Shown piece by piece: positions 62,788 through 64,000 of a DNA stretch of 64,000 bases (position 1 is the first letter of the stretch; every line of letters begins with the position of its first letter). The notes below the pieces were generated by a model that was given only the letters and a program-made list of their open reading frames with translations, had not been told where the DNA came from and ran no database searches. The translations under genes were made by a program, and so were the position numbers. The DNA comes from Octopus sinensis (Eukaryota), in contig NC_042998.1 of assembly GCF_006345805.1 (NCBI RefSeq), positions 49,104,001 through 49,168,000 of the forward strand, written 5' to 3'.

Positions 62788-64000
62788 TATATCATCATCA
62801 CCATGACCATCATTGTTTAACGTCAATGTCTTAGAAGTGCCCTGTGTCAAAAAATATCATTCATAGCAGATGTTCTCTGGAAATCATTCACACACGCCTG
62901 ACTCAGGCTCAGAAGTTACAGCCCAAGTTGTTACCTATAATCATAAAATTTAAAAGTAATTCAAATTCAATATTTTCTTGAAACAATAAATTTCTATAGA
63001 AATTAGGATTTAAATTCCAATCCATAGAAAGTTTCCATTCTACGATATTCTTAAAGGAACAAAAAATTTTCCAGTAACTCAGGCTAATATGAACAAGCTT
63101 GGTAGGTGTAAAAGACCAACTGGCATCTCTTGTCAAAAGTACAGGCGACAGTCAGATTGTTGATGTTTGTTGTGCACTTCGCTGACGTACTTTGATAGCT
63201 GTTATTCCATGCATCTGTGTGTAAAGATCAGTTGTGTTTTGCAGGGCTGCTTTATTTTTACCCGTAACTTAGAACTGGAGAAAGACACAGTGCTAGATAT
63301 AAAAAATAAGCCAGTTGGGGCTAGAAATACTGCAGAAAAATGTGAAATTCTTCAAGCAAGCATGTGTCTTATGCGAAATCTGTGATGAGCCTGAGTGACA
63401 CTGATGACCAGGAATCACCTCTGATATATATATATATATATTTTGTGTGTGTGTGTGTGTGTATATATAGCCCCAATGCCTTGTGAGTCAATCTGGGACA
63501 TGGAAATTGTACAAAGCTTGGTGTGTGTGGTGTGTGTGTGTGCATGCGTTCTTGTGAGAATGTTTACATCCTATGTACTTTGCATGAAAATGCACTGAGA
63601 ATACAGGCAGCGAAGTTTGTTGTCTTCCTGTCACATACCCTCACTTCCAAGCAATGTAATATTTCCCCATGACCAGCTATATTTTCACAAAGACCAGAAA
63701 TGAATGATATCACTTGTATAACAATGGCACTCATTTACAATTGTATAAATAAAGAGGTACAAACACACATATGTACACATGCAGCCATGCCTGTCCATAT
63801 ATAAATTAAATACACTTTAACCCTTTGGCATTCACATTGTTCAGTTGAAAGTAATGCTTATTTCTTCACAAAGTTTTGAATTAATCCTGCATTATCTTGA
63901 AGCTTTGAGATTTTGATGAAGCAACTGTTAATTTTTTAAATTATATTGCAGGGTTGTTGTGAGAGGCCAGATATGGCCAGTGTGAATATAAAACAAGTAG

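Noticed and set aside
62636-64000. Further upstream ACC exon, or ORFs 62909-63136 and 63167-63385
   Set aside because: No match to the expected RSGIRGH-type sequence; the ORFs have no recognisable motif; the short inverted repeat near 62900/63390 is too weak to call an element.

Overview
AT-rich eukaryotic DNA; the tRNA-derived SINEs, RTE tails and microsatellites look like those of an octopus genome (inferred from repeat recognition, not a search). The window is almost entirely the 3' part of one minus-strand gene for acetyl-CoA carboxylase (ACC, ACACA/ACACB family). I traced 33 coding exons by hand from 62635 down to the TGA at 2867-2869. All have GT-AG boundaries and compatible phases, and they total 3956 nt (about 1,317 aa: central domain plus carboxyltransferase domain). 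The biotin carboxylase and BCCP exons lie beyond the right edge. Introns are packed with tRNA-derived SINEs, RTE and CR1-like LINE fragments, mariner/Tc1, hAT and piggyBac-like MITEs, and a Helitron-like element. Most ORFs in the supplied track are repeat or microsatellite artefacts. The best leads are: (1) a composite retroelement with a tRNA-like Pol III head and a Penelope-like tail carrying a minimal hammerhead ribozyme motif, inserted twice as TSD-flanked inverted dimers, plus two related hammerhead motifs; (2) a frame-preserving 15-nt micro-exon at the position of the alternatively spliced 8-aa exon of mammalian ACC1; (3) eight codons where a single A-to-G change would restore the residue I recall as conserved in ACCs, which are candidate A-to-I recoding sites. 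Protein comparisons use my recollection of vertebrate ACC sequences; no alignment was run.
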